This document shows, in pieces, positions 37,695 to 47,350 of a stretch of DNA of 64,000 nt. The DNA is from Hyphomicrobiales bacterium. GTDB taxonomy: Bacteria; Pseudomonadota; Alphaproteobacteria; Rhizobiales; Beijerinckiaceae. Numbering within the stretch: the first letter of the stretch is position 1; each line of letters starts with the position of its first letter. A model generated the notes under the pieces. That model was not told where the DNA came from. It searched no databases and saw nothing but the letters and a program-made list of their open reading frames with translations. The stretch covers positions 17,062 to 81,061 of the forward strand of contig JAYVYJ010000002.1 of assembly GCA_043784465.1 (NCBI GenBank). Reading direction: 5' to 3'. Both the position numbers and the translations under genes were made by a program.

Positions 37695-37720
37695 ACGGCC
37701 GGGCTTCGCCCGGCCGTTTT
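37695..37720 (+). terminator. Hairpin after urtA (attenuating terminator or mRNA stabiliser)
   Basis: ACGGCCGGGC-TTC-GCCCGGCCGT-TTT. Confidence 0.7.
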
Positions 37721-37768
37721 CCGTGTTTGCCAAGCGCTGGCGGCGCTATGCGGCGCTGAGGGGTAGAG

Positions 37769-39553
37769 ATGCGCCAACAATCAGAAGGCTTGCGTCCTCG
37801 TTACCGCCGATGCCGCGCCCCTTTCGTCATGGCCGGGCATGTCCCGGCCATCCACGCCGGAGCGCGTAGCCTTCGTTTGCAAAACGGGGATGGGCTTTCA
37901 TTTAGGCGTCGCTGGTTGCGCGACCGCGTGGATGGCCGGGACAAGCCCGGCCATGACGGCGGCGCGCGCTTGTTCAAGGCGCTCGCCATTGCGTGGGCGT
38001 TCTTCTTCGCTTGCCTGACCCCGGCCTTCGCCGACCCGCTCGCCGACGCGCTCGCTAAATTCGCCGCCGACTCGTTCTCCCAAACCGAACAGGCGATCAC
38101 CGGAATCGTCGCCGCCGCGCCCCCAAACGGGACCGACATTCTCGACGCGCTCGCGGACGGGCGCCTGTTCGCCGACCCCGACTCGAAGCAAGTCATCTAC
38201 AAGAACGCCGCCGGCGACGCCTACGACGCCAGGACTGGGCAGAAGGCTCAAAGCGGCGACAGCTTCAAGAAAGTGCGCCTCAACAACGGCGTCAGGCGCT
38301 CGATTGAAGCGGCGATGGGCGCGCTGCGCGTCGGCTCGCCCGATCCTCAGCGCCGTATTCAAGCGGCGGCGGATGTATTCGCCAATCCTGCGCCCACCTT
38401 GCTCGGCCCGGTTGATACCCAGCTGGCCAAGGAGAACGACGCTACGGCGATGACGGCGCTGGAGCAGGCGCGCGCCGCCATCGTCGCCAAGATCCCGGAC
38501 GCCAAGCCCGAGGACGTGACCCGCGCCATCGCGGCGCTGGCGGCGCGCGGCGACAAGGCGGCGCAGAATTATGTCAACGAAATCGCCGCCGCGCACGACG
38601 ATCCCGCCGTGAAGAAGGCGGCGGACACGGCGCGCGCGGACATCGACCGTTCGTTGATGTTGTGGAGCCTCGCGCAGAACGGCTGGTACGGGCTCTCCGC
38701 CGCCTCCGTGCTGCTGCTCGCCGCCATCGGGCTCGCCATCACTTTTGGCGTGATGGGCGTCATCAACATGGCGCACGGCGAAATGGTGATGCTCGGGGCC
38801 TACGCGACCTATGGCGTTCAGCAGGCGCTGCCCGCCTCCTGGGCGAACGCCTCCATCGTCATCGCGCTGCCGCTGGCGTTTCTGGTCGCCGCGCTGGCGG
38901 GCGTGGCGATCGAGCGGTTCGTCGTGCGCTATCTCTACTCGCGCCCGCTCGATACGCTGCTCGCCACCTGGGGCGTTTCGCTGATCTTCCAGCAGGCGGT
39001 GCGCACGCTGTTTGGCGCGAGCAACCGGCAGGTCTATTCGCCTCCGTTCCTCTCGGGCTCGCACCATTTCGGGGGGCTGGAGATCACCAACAACCGGCTT
39101 TGCATCATCGTGCTTGCGGTGATGGTGTTCGCAGCACTTTTGTTTGTGCTGCGCGCGACCTCGTTCGGCTTGCAGATGCGCGCGGTGACGCAGAACCGGC
39201 GCATGGCTTCCGCTATGGGCATCTCGACGCAGCGCGTGGATATGCTGGCGTTCGCGCTGGGCTCGGGCGTCGCAGGCGTGGCGGGCGTTGCGCTGAGCCA
39301 GATCGACAACGTGTCGCCCAATCTCGGACAGGGCTACATCATCGACAGTTTCATGGTGGTGGTGTTCGGCGGCGTCGGCAATCTGTGGGGCACGGCTCTG
39401 GGCGCGGCGATTCTGGGCCTCGCCAACAAGGTGATGGAGCCGACCATAGGCGCGGTGCAGGGGCAGATCGTCTTGTTGGTGTTGATCATATTGTTCATAC
39501 AGCGGCGGCCGCGCGGCCTGTTCGCGCAAAAGGGCCGGGCGGTGGAGGCATGA
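37769..39553 (+). CDS. urtB: Urea ABC transporter permease UrtB (start uncertain: ATG 37769 or TTG 37970)
   Basis: Large periplasmic region, then GLAITFGVMGVINMAHGE, DTLLATWG, FGLQMRAVTQNRRMA and IIDSFMVVVFGGVG. Confidence 0.93.
   Translation: MRQQSEGLRPRYRRCRAPFVMAGHVPAIHAGARSLRLQNGDGLSFRRRWLRDRVDGRDKPGHDGGARLFKALAIAWAFFFACLTPAFADPLADALAKFAADSFSQTEQAITGIVAAAPPNGTDILDALADGRLFADPDSKQVIYKNAAGDAYDARTGQKAQSGDSFKKVRLNNGVRRSIEAAMGALRVGSPDPQRRIQAAADVFANPAPTLLGPVDTQLAKENDATAMTALEQARAAIVAKIPDAKPEDVTRAIAALAARGDKAAQNYVNEIAAAHDDPAVKKAADTARADIDRSLMLWSLAQNGWYGLSAASVLLLAAIGLAITFGVMGVINMAHGEMVMLGAYATYGVQQALPASWANASIVIALPLAFLVAALAGVAIERFVVRYLYSRPLDTLLATWGVSLIFQQAVRTLFGASNRQVYSPPFLSGSHHFGGLEITNNRLCIIVLAVMVFAALLFVLRATSFGLQMRAVTQNRRMASAMGISTQRVDMLAFALGSGVAGVAGVALSQIDNVSPNLGQGYIIDSFMVVVFGGVGNLWGTALGAAILGLANKVMEPTIGAVQGQIVLLVLIILFIQRRPRGLFAQKGRAVEA
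37825..37958. repeat. Hyphomicrobiales REP-like palindromic element (CGTCATGGCCGGGC.TGTCCCGGCCATCCACG type)
   Basis: 32-nt inverted arms at 37825-37856 and 37927-37958 with one mismatch; each arm is itself a hairpin. Confidence 0.85.
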
Positions 39554-40659
39554 GCCGCGCGCTCGACATCGCCGGGGCGATCTTCGTCGTCCTGATCGCG
39601 CTCGCCGCCATGCTCGTGCCCTATGGCGCGCTGTCGACGCCGGAAACCTCCGCGTTTCATCTGCCCTCCTATCTGATGCAGTTGTTCGGCAAATATCTGT
39701 GCTACGCGATCCTCGCGCTGGCGCTCGATCTGGTGTGGGGCTATTGCGGTATTCTCTCGCTTGGCCACGGCGCGTTTTTCGCGCTTGGCGGTTACGCGAT
39801 GGGCATGTATTTGATGCGCCAGATCGGCACGCGCGGCGTCTACGCCAACCCGATCCTGCCCGACTTCATGGTGTTCCTGAACTGGCACGAGCTGCCTTTG
39901 GCCTGGTGGGGGTTCAACTCGTTCGCCTATGCGTTGTTGATGATCTTCCTCGTGCCCGGCCTGCTGGCGCTGGCGTTCGGCTGGTTCGCGTTCCGCTCGC
40001 GCGTGACCGGCGTTTATTTGTCCATTATCACGCAGGCGATGACGTTCGCGCTCTACAAGGAGTTCTTTCGTAACGATTTCGGCTTTGGCGGCAACAACGG
40101 ACTCACCGATTTTAAGGACATCCTCGGCTTCCCGCTGCAATCGGACGCGACCAAAGCGGCGCTATTCTCGATATCCGCCGTGGCGCTGATTCTGTGTTAT
40201 CTCATCGCGCGCGCCATCGTCGGCTCCAAATATGGCAAGGCGCTGGTCGCTGTGCGCGACGCGGAGAGCCGCATGCGGTTCCTGGGCTATCGGGTCGCCA
40301 ACATCAAACTGTTCGCCTTTGTCGTCTCGGCGGTGATGGCGGCCATCGGCGGCGCTCTTTATGTGCCGCAGGTCGGAATCATCAACCCCAGCGAATTCGC
40401 GCCGGGCAATTCGATCGAAGCGGCGATCTGGGTGGCGGTCGGCGGGCGCGGCACGCTGGTGGGCGCGGCGATGGGCGGCATTCTGGTGAACTTCGCCAAG
40501 ACCTATTTCACCGGGGCGGTGCCGGAATATTGGTTGTTCGCGCTGGGCCTGTTGTTCGTCGTCGTCACGCTGTTCCTGCCCACTGGCCTGCTGGGGCTGC
40601 TCAGCAAGATCAGAGCGCGGCGCACGCCACGGCAAGTGGCCACGGGGGCGGCGACGTGA
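39550..40659 (+). CDS. urtC: Urea ABC transporter permease UrtC
   Basis: GKYLCYAILALALDLVWGYCGILSLGHG, GVYLSIITQA, GGNNGLTDF and SIEAAIWVAVGGRGTL. Confidence 0.95.
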   Translation: MSRALDIAGAIFVVLIALAAMLVPYGALSTPETSAFHLPSYLMQLFGKYLCYAILALALDLVWGYCGILSLGHGAFFALGGYAMGMYLMRQIGTRGVYANPILPDFMVFLNWHELPLAWWGFNSFAYALLMIFLVPGLLALAFGWFAFRSRVTGVYLSIITQAMTFALYKEFFRNDFGFGGNNGLTDFKDILGFPLQSDATKAALFSISAVALILCYLIARAIVGSKYGKALVAVRDAESRMRFLGYRVANIKLFAFVVSAVMAAIGGALYVPQVGIINPSEFAPGNSIEAAIWVAVGGRGTLVGAAMGGILVNFAKTYFTGAVPEYWLFALGLLFVVVTLFLPTGLLGLLSKIRARRTPRQVATGAAT

Positions 40660-41411
40660 GCGACGAGAAGCTGACGTCGTCGCTGCTCTATCTGGACGAC
40701 GTCAAGGTGACGTTCGACGGTTATCGGGCGCTACGGGGCCTTTCGCTGGTGCTGGCGCCGGGGGAAATGCGCGCGATCATCGGCCCCAACGGCGCGGGCA
40801 AGACCACGATGATGGACGTCATCACGGGAAAGACGCGGCCTGACGAAGGGACGGTCTATTTCGAGGGTCGCCACGACCTGACGAAGCTCGACGAGGCCGA
40901 CATCGCGACGCTCGGCATCGGGCGGAAATTCCAGAAGCCCACGGTGTTCGAGAACCACACGGTCTACGACAATCTGCTGCTCGCAACCAAGGCGCCGCGC
41001 ACGGTATGGGCGACGCTGGGCGCGCGGCGCGACCAGAAGTTCGCGACCATTATCGACGGGATTCTGGAGCGGATCCGGCTGGGCGACATGCGGGGACGAC
41101 CGGCGGGGGCGCTGTCGCATGGGCAGAAGCAATGGCTGGAGATCGGCATGTTGCTGGCGCAGGACCCCAAGCTGCTGCTGGTCGACGAGCCGGTCGCCGG
41201 CATGACCGATTCCGAGACGTTCGAGACTTCAGCCATGCTGAAGCAGATCGCGCGCGAACATTCCGTCGTCGTGGTCGAGCACGACATGCATTTCGTGCGC
41301 GATCTCGGCGTCAAAGTGACGGTGCTGCATGAAGGCGCGGTGCTGGCGGAAGGGTCGCTCGATCAGGTCAGCGCGGACGAGCGCGTCGTCGAAGTCTATC
41401 TCGGGCGCTGA
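40656..41411 (+). CDS. urtD: Urea ABC transporter ATPase UrtD
   Basis: IGPNGAGKTT, GIGRKFQKPTVFE, LSHGQKQWLEIGM, DEPVAGM and VEHDM. Confidence 0.95.
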   Translation: MSDEKLTSSLLYLDDVKVTFDGYRALRGLSLVLAPGEMRAIIGPNGAGKTTMMDVITGKTRPDEGTVYFEGRHDLTKLDEADIATLGIGRKFQKPTVFENHTVYDNLLLATKAPRTVWATLGARRDQKFATIIDGILERIRLGDMRGRPAGALSHGQKQWLEIGMLLAQDPKLLLVDEPVAGMTDSETFETSAMLKQIAREHSVVVVEHDMHFVRDLGVKVTVLHEGAVLAEGSLDQVSADERVVEVYLGR

Positions 41412-41415
41412 GAAA

Positions 41416-42111
41416 ATGCTGAAGGTCGAGAACGTCAATCTGTTCTACGGCGCCGCGCAGGCCTTGCGCGGCGTTTCGCTCACAGCCGAGATCGGCAAGG
41501 TGACGTGCGTGCTGGGGCGCAACGGCGTCGGCAAGACTTCGCTGATGCGGGCGATTGTCGGCCATCACCCGATCCGCTCGGGGCGCATCGAGTGGCAGGG
41601 GGAGGACCTCAAGCCGCTGCCCTCCTACATGCGCGCGCGCAGGGGCCTGGCCTATGTGCCGCAGGGCCGCGAAATCTTTCCGCTGCTGACGGTGCGGGAG
41701 AACCTCCAGTCGGGTCTGGTCACGCAATCGCGCGACGCGCGCGTGATCGATCCGGAAATGTTCACCCTGTTCCCTATCCTGTCCGAGATGCTGGGCCGGC
41801 GCGGCGGCGATCTGTCGGGCGGACAGCAGCAGCAGCTCGCCATCGCTCGCGCGCTGCTGACCAAGCCCAAGCTGTTGATTCTCGACGAGCCGACCGAGGG
41901 CATCCAGCCCTCGATCATCCGCGACATCGGCCGCGCTATCGAATATCTACGCCAGCGCGGCGGGCTCGCCATCCTACTGGTCGAGCAATATTTCGAATGG
42001 GCGCGGGATCTGGCCGACGATTACGCGGTTCTGGACCGGGGGGTCGTCGTGCTGGCGGGCGCGCGCAAGGACATGGACGAGGCGCAGGTGCGCAAGCGCA
42101 TCGCGGTTTGA
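41416..42111 (+). CDS. urtE: Urea ABC transporter ATPase UrtE
   Basis: GRNGVGKT, YVPQGREIFP, LSGGQQQQLAI, LDEPTEGIQPSII and VEQY. Confidence 0.95.
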   Translation: MLKVENVNLFYGAAQALRGVSLTAEIGKVTCVLGRNGVGKTSLMRAIVGHHPIRSGRIEWQGEDLKPLPSYMRARRGLAYVPQGREIFPLLTVRENLQSGLVTQSRDARVIDPEMFTLFPILSEMLGRRGGDLSGGQQQQLAIARALLTKPKLLILDEPTEGIQPSIIRDIGRAIEYLRQRGGLAILLVEQYFEWARDLADDYAVLDRGVVVLAGARKDMDEAQVRKRIAV

Positions 42112-42157
42112 AGCGCCGTAAGTTCCGCGCAAGACCTCGTCCGCAGGTTGGCGAACC

Positions 42158-43171
42158 ATGCCGCACCTTGTCAACAGCGTCGCCGATCTCATCGCCGAGC
42201 GCGACCGCGAAAGCCTTGAAGTCACGCTCGCGCGCGTGACTTTCGAGCTTTCCGGGGCGCTGGGACTGTCGTTCTGGCGCGCGTTCGAGCGTTCCGACGG
42301 GGTCTGGTTGCGCCGGCGCGTCGCGATGCCGGAGGGCGCGGAAGCCTTTGAGCCTGTGGAGGCCGACCTGCCTCTCGCCTCCGCTTCCGCTCCGTTGCGC
42401 GAGGCCTACGCGGAGCGCAACGCCGCGGCGGCGGTCAACGGGGCTACGGGGCGGCGCATTTATGTGCTGCCCGTGCTGGGCGGAGAGGGGCCGCTTGGCC
42501 TCATCGAGATTGAGGCCGAAGGGGAAATCGACGGCGAGCGGCTCGCCGGGCTTTCGGGCATGTTGCGCATCTATCGAAGCCATCTTGCCGCGCTCGACTA
42601 TGGCGACACCGACGAACTGACGGGCCTCTCCAACCGCCGCACGTTCGACGAGCAGTTGCGCCGCTTCGCCGCCGTCGAGGCGGGCGGCGGCGCCCGGCGC
42701 GGGGGCGACCCTACCCACGTCGGCGCCCATATCGGCGTAGCCGACATCGATTTTTTCAAGCGCATCAACGACAAATTCGGCCATCCCTATGGCGACGAGG
42801 TGCTGGTGCTGTTTTCCAACCTCATGCGCAGGGCATTTCGGGAGAACGACAAGCTGTTCCGCTTTGGCGGCGAGGAATTCGTAATCATGATGCCCAATTG
42901 CGGCGTGGACGACGCGCTGCACGCGTTCGAGCGGTTTCGCACGGCTGTGGAGGCGTTTGCGTTCCCGCAAGTCGGGCGGGTTACGGTCAGCGTCGGCGTG
43001 GCGTCCTTATGCCCGCATGACACCGGCTCGTCCGCCTTCGGACGCGCCGATCAGGCGCTCTACGTCGCCAAGCGCGAGGGCCGAAACCGAGTTGTGCGCT
43101 ATGAGGCCATCCTGCCGTCCGGGGGAGAGGGCGCTGCGGCGACGGCGGAGAGGGAAGTCGAGTTGTTCTGA
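42158..43171 (+). CDS. Diguanylate cyclase (GAF-like N-terminus plus GGDEF)
   Basis: DELTGLSNRR, DIDFFKRINDKFGH, RENDKLFRFGGEEF (intact RxxD I-site) and ADQALYVAK. Confidence 0.92.
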   Translation: MPHLVNSVADLIAERDRESLEVTLARVTFELSGALGLSFWRAFERSDGVWLRRRVAMPEGAEAFEPVEADLPLASASAPLREAYAERNAAAAVNGATGRRIYVLPVLGGEGPLGLIEIEAEGEIDGERLAGLSGMLRIYRSHLAALDYGDTDELTGLSNRRTFDEQLRRFAAVEAGGGARRGGDPTHVGAHIGVADIDFFKRINDKFGHPYGDEVLVLFSNLMRRAFRENDKLFRFGGEEFVIMMPNCGVDDALHAFERFRTAVEAFAFPQVGRVTVSVGVASLCPHDTGSSAFGRADQALYVAKREGRNRVVRYEAILPSGGEGAAATAEREVELF

Positions 43172-43278
43172 AACGCCTCGCTCGAAGTTTCGTCTCACTT
43201 GCGGGCATTCGAGCCTTGCCAAGGCCGCCTGCGGCCTCAACATAGGCGGGCGCGCCAAAGGGGCGCGAGAGCGAGGGC

Positions 43279-44226
43279 ATGGGCACGTTCCGCCATCTCA
43301 TGGAGGCGCTCGACGCCGAAGGCGCCGCTGCGCTGGTCACGCTGGTGGGCGTCAGCGGCTCCAGTCCGCGCGAACCCGGCGCGCGCCTCGTCGTGCGGCC
43401 CTCGGGCGCGTTTCGCGGCACCATCGGCGGCGGACGGCTTGAATACGAGGCGATCGAGGAAGCGCGCCGGGCCATGGGCAAGGGGCGCGGCGCCGCCTTG
43501 CGCCATCGCGCCTTGCTGGGGCCCGACTATGGCCAATGCTGCGGGGGCCGGGTCGACTGGCTCGTGGAGACGTTCGACGGGCGCGACCTCGCGCCTTTGG
43601 CGGCGTTGTCCGCACGGGAGGCGGAGGCGCCCTTCGCCACGCTCGCGCGGCTCGACGGCGAGGGCCGCTATTTACGAAAGACCTGCGACGCCGTGGCGGC
43701 GGCGAACTCGGCGGCGCTTTCTCCCGACGGCGAGGTGCTGCGCGAGGCGTTCGGCGAAGCTGCGACGCCGGTATGGGTATTCGGGGCTGGCCACGTCGGG
43801 CGGGCGCTCGCGCTGGCGCTGGCCCCGCTGCCTTTCGCGCTGCGGTGGATCGATTCGCGCGCCGACGCGTTCCCAAATTATGCCCCCGCGAACGCGATGC
43901 GCGTTCACGCCGTCGATCCCGTCGCGGAAATGGTGGCGGCGCCGGAGGCGGCGCTCGTTTTGATTATGACCCATTCGCACGCGCTCGACTTCGACCTGAC
44001 GCTGGCGGCGCTCTCGACGCGCGGGCGCCCGTATGTCGGGCTTATCGGCTCGCAGACCAAGCGCGCGCGATTCGTCTCGCGGCTGCGGGCGGCTGGGCTT
44101 GATGAAGCCGCGTTGGCGCCGTTCGTCTGCCCCATCGGCGTGGCGGGGGTGGAAGGCAAGGCGCCGGCGGTGATCGCGGCGGCGACCGCGGCGCAATTGC
44201 TGATGCGGCGGCCAGGCGCGTCCTGA
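43279..44226 (+). CDS. xdhC: Xanthine dehydrogenase accessory (Moco insertion) protein
   Basis: GSSPREPGA, GTIGGGRLE, LGPDYGQCCGG, FGAGHVG, MTHSHALD, GLIGSQTKRARF, CPIG and GKAPAVIA. Confidence 0.92.
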   Translation: MGTFRHLMEALDAEGAAALVTLVGVSGSSPREPGARLVVRPSGAFRGTIGGGRLEYEAIEEARRAMGKGRGAALRHRALLGPDYGQCCGGRVDWLVETFDGRDLAPLAALSAREAEAPFATLARLDGEGRYLRKTCDAVAAANSAALSPDGEVLREAFGEAATPVWVFGAGHVGRALALALAPLPFALRWIDSRADAFPNYAPANAMRVHAVDPVAEMVAAPEAALVLIMTHSHALDFDLTLAALSTRGRPYVGLIGSQTKRARFVSRLRAAGLDEAALAPFVCPIGVAGVEGKAPAVIAAATAAQLLMRRPGAS

Positions 44227-44248
44227 AAAGGGGGCGTGACGGGAGCGA

Positions 44249-44285
44249 CCCCCACCCTGACCCTCCTCCGTAAAGGGGGAGGGAA
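44249..44285. repeat. Alphaproteobacterial short repeat (CCCCACCCT.ACCCTCCCC...AAGGGGGAGGG type) between convergent genes
   Basis: CCCCCACCCTGACCCTCCTCCGTAAAGGGGGAGGGAA forms a hairpin. Family assignment is from memory. Confidence 0.6.
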
Positions 44286-44318
44286 TATCCGCGCGGTGGG
44301 GCTCGACGGGCCGAGGTC

Positions 44319-45533
44319 TTAACGCGCCAGCGCAAGCTTTCTGAGATCGAGGTTTTCGTCGGCGGCTTGATCCGGCGTGAGCGGGGTTTGTGCGGCCAGA
44401 AGACGGCGGGCGGACATGTGGTCGGCGCCTCGGTTGACGGTCTCGACAGCCTTCAGTCTGTCGCCTGCGAAGCCGAAAACGGTGAGGGCGCGCCGATCGA
44501 CGCCGCCGCGCGCGACCCAGCGGTCGACGTCCCTGGAAAGGCCCGCGATCTGCAATTTGAGATCGCCCTGATCGCTCCAGAACCACGGCAGGGCCGCATA
44601 AGGCTGGGGCTTGCCCATCAATCGGCTGGCGACGCATTTGGCCTGATCGGCGGCGTTCTGCACGGATTCCAGCCGCGTGCGGGCGCCCTCGTAGGTAAAG
44701 CGGGCGCAATCGCCGATCGCGGAGACGTGGGGCTCGCTGCTCAGCAAAGTCTCATCGACGAGGACGCCGTCGGAGCAGGCGATACCGGCGGCGGAGGCGA
44801 GGGCGTCCTCCGCCACGACGCCTACGCCCACCAGCACGAGATCAGCGGGCACGCGCGCGCCGTCGGAAAGTTCGACCTCGGAGACGCTAGTCCCGCCGTG
44901 CAAAGCGGCGACGCCGACGCCGAAGCGGAAATCGACGCCGAAGGCGCGATGCGCGGCGTCGAAGAAGCTTGAGGTCGCAGGCGAAACGGCGCGGCCCATC
45001 GGGCGGTCCGCGATTTCGACCACCGTTACGCTCAAGCCCAGCGCGCAAGCGGTGGCGGCGACTTCCAGCCCGATGAAGCCCGCGCCGACGACGACGAGGC
45101 GGCGGGCGGTCGCCAGCCTCTGTTTGAGCCTAGCGGCGTCGTGGATCGTGCGCAAAACATGGACCCCGGCGAGGTGGAGTCCGGGCGCACGCAGGGCGCG
45201 GGCGCGGGCGCCGGTGGCGAGGATCAAATGATCGTAGGGCGCCTTGCCGCCGGTTGACAGGGTTACGCGTTGCGCCGCGCAGTCGATTCGCGTGACGGCG
45301 ACGCCAAGTGCGACATCGATGCGATGGTCTTCGAAAAACTGCGCGGCTTTGAGTGGCAGGCCCGCAAGGTCGGACTGGCCTTTGAGGAACGCTTTGGAGA
45401 GCGGCGGCCGCTGATAGGGAAAATCGGCTTCCGCCGAGAGCAACGTGATGGCGCCGGTGAAGCCGTCGTCGCGCAGGCTGACGGCGGCCTGAACGCCGGC
45501 ATGGCCGGCGCCTACGATCACGATTGCGGTCAT
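44319..45533 (-). CDS. NAD(P)/FAD-dependent ferredoxin reductase (putidaredoxin reductase-like)
   Basis: IVGAGHAG, PYQRPPLSK, LATGA, VVGAGFIGLE, AIGDCA, RLESVQNA and PWFWSDQ. Its ATG overlaps the murJ stop. Confidence 0.92.
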   Translation of the reverse strand: MTAIVIVGAGHAGVQAAVSLRDDGFTGAITLLSAEADFPYQRPPLSKAFLKGQSDLAGLPLKAAQFFEDHRIDVALGVAVTRIDCAAQRVTLSTGGKAPYDHLILATGARARALRAPGLHLAGVHVLRTIHDAARLKQRLATARRLVVVGAGFIGLEVAATACALGLSVTVVEIADRPMGRAVSPATSSFFDAAHRAFGVDFRFGVGVAALHGGTSVSEVELSDGARVPADLVLVGVGVVAEDALASAAGIACSDGVLVDETLLSSEPHVSAIGDCARFTYEGARTRLESVQNAADQAKCVASRLMGKPQPYAALPWFWSDQGDLKLQIAGLSRDVDRWVARGGVDRRALTVFGFAGDRLKAVETVNRGADHMSARRLLAAQTPLTPDQAADENLDLRKLALAR

Positions 45534-47119
45534 CGACGTCTCGCCAAGCGCTGAAACACGCCCCCGGCTTTCCGCCAGATGCGCAGGAAAGGCAACCGGC
45601 GCCCGAACAGGCGTCCCGTCATCTCGAACAGCGCGCCATAGGCGAGGCTCATCAGGCCAAAGGTCGCCAGCAGCACGATTTCGTTGCGAAGGATGGGCAG
45701 ACGGTGGACCAGCGCGCGGGCGAGTTCGAGGCCGGGCAGCGTCGCCGCCGCCGCCCCCGCCGTGGCGAACAGGATGAGCGCGAGGCTCTCGATCAGGTCG
45801 TCGTCGGCGCGGGCGAGGCCGCGCGCGTGGGCGACCCAAACCAGCAGGCCGAAATTGATCCAGGCGCCCACCGAAGTGGCGATGGCGAGGCCGGCGGGGC
45901 CATAAGTCCCCGTCAGCGCGAATTTGAGCGCGACGTTGACGACGAGGCCGCCATAAAAGCAGTTGCGCGGCGTCTTGTTGTCGCCGCGCGCCTGAAAGGT
46001 CGCGACCGCCGAGCGGATCAGCACCATCGGCAGCAGCCCGAAGCCATACGCCGCCAGCACCGAGGCCGAGCGCTCCGCCGAGGCCGCGCCGAACGCGCCG
46101 CGTTGATAGGCGCCGCGCACCAGTTCGTCGGGGATCAGCAGGAAGCCGACGAGGAAGGGCGCGCACAGCGCGAGCGACAAAGCGATGGTGCGGTTCTGGG
46201 CGTTTTGCGCGCCCTGGGGGTCGCCGGCGGCGATGCGGCGCGACATCTCGGGCAGCAGAACGGTGCCTGCTGCGGCGCCGATGAGGCCGAGCGGGAGCTG
46301 ATAGAGGCGGTCGGCGTAGTTGATCGCCGAGACGGCGCCGGTCGGCAGGCCCGAGGCGATGATCGTGTCGGCGAGAATGGCGATCTGCTGTCCCGCCGAA
46401 CTCACCACCGCCGGCCACAGCGAGCGGAAGAACTGGCGCACGTCCGCGTTGAGTTTTGGTTTGGCGAAACGCTCCAGAACGCCGCGTCGCCGCGCCCAGG
46501 CCGCGACCACAAAGAGTTGCGCGAAGCCGGAGGCGAGCACGCCCCAGCTCGCCGCATAGCCCGCGTTGGGGAACAGGCCGGGGGCGATCCACGCGAGCCC
46601 GAGAAAAAGCATGACGAACAGGTTGAGCAGGACGGGCGCGAAGGCGGCGACGGCGAAGTCGCCATGCGCGTTGAGCGTGCCGGAATTGAGCGTGACGATG
46701 ACGACGAGCGCCAGATAGGGGAACGTGATTCGGGTCATGCCCACGGCGAGGTCGAATTTCGCGGGATCGGCGGCGAAACCGGGGGCTAGCAAAGCGACGA
46801 ACTGCGGCATGAACACATAGGCCGCGATCAGCAGCGCGATCTGGCTGAGGGCGAGAAACGAAAGGATGCGGCTGGCGAAATCGCGCGCGGACGCCGGGCC
46901 GTCGGCCGTGAGGATGCGGGTGTAGGTCGGCACATAGGCGCTGTTGAACGCGCCCTCGCCGAAAATGGCGCGGAACTGGTTGGGCAGCCGAAGCGCCACG
47001 AAATACGCGTCCGCCAGCGGCCCCGCGCCCATGACGGCGGAGATGACCATCTCCCGCAGGAAGCCGGTCAGGCGCGAGAGGGCGGTGCCGACGCCGACGG
47101 AGAAGAACTGTCTGATCAC
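45530..47119 (-). CDS. murJ: Lipid II flippase MurJ (MviN)
   Basis: SRLTGFLRE, AYFVALRLPNQFRAIFGEGAF..A.VP, RITFPYL, FAPVLLN and YADRLYQLPLG. Confidence 0.95.
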   Translation of the reverse strand: MIRQFFSVGVGTALSRLTGFLREMVISAVMGAGPLADAYFVALRLPNQFRAIFGEGAFNSAYVPTYTRILTADGPASARDFASRILSFLALSQIALLIAAYVFMPQFVALLAPGFAADPAKFDLAVGMTRITFPYLALVVIVTLNSGTLNAHGDFAVAAFAPVLLNLFVMLFLGLAWIAPGLFPNAGYAASWGVLASGFAQLFVVAAWARRRGVLERFAKPKLNADVRQFFRSLWPAVVSSAGQQIAILADTIIASGLPTGAVSAINYADRLYQLPLGLIGAAAGTVLLPEMSRRIAAGDPQGAQNAQNRTIALSLALCAPFLVGFLLIPDELVRGAYQRGAFGAASAERSASVLAAYGFGLLPMVLIRSAVATFQARGDNKTPRNCFYGGLVVNVALKFALTGTYGPAGLAIATSVGAWINFGLLVWVAHARGLARADDDLIESLALILFATAGAAAATLPGLELARALVHRLPILRNEIVLLATFGLMSLAYGALFEMTGRLFGRRLPFLRIWRKAGGVFQRLARRR

Positions 47120-47350
47120 GTGCGCGTCTATAGCCGAAGTTCGCCGGCGCGAGGGGGCCGGGCGTTGAGGTTTCTTAAATCCTGAAAGGGTAGCGTCGCG
47201 GCTTAATAGCGGGCCCGACTTAACGCGCCCTTGGCGCGCGGCGTCGGGTCGTCTAAAGGGCTACGCTCGTAAGGATCGCGGGCCGCGCGATTTCACAAGT
47301 TCAATTATTCTGCGACGCCGACGTTTTCGGGTCGCGGCCAGGGAGCCAAG

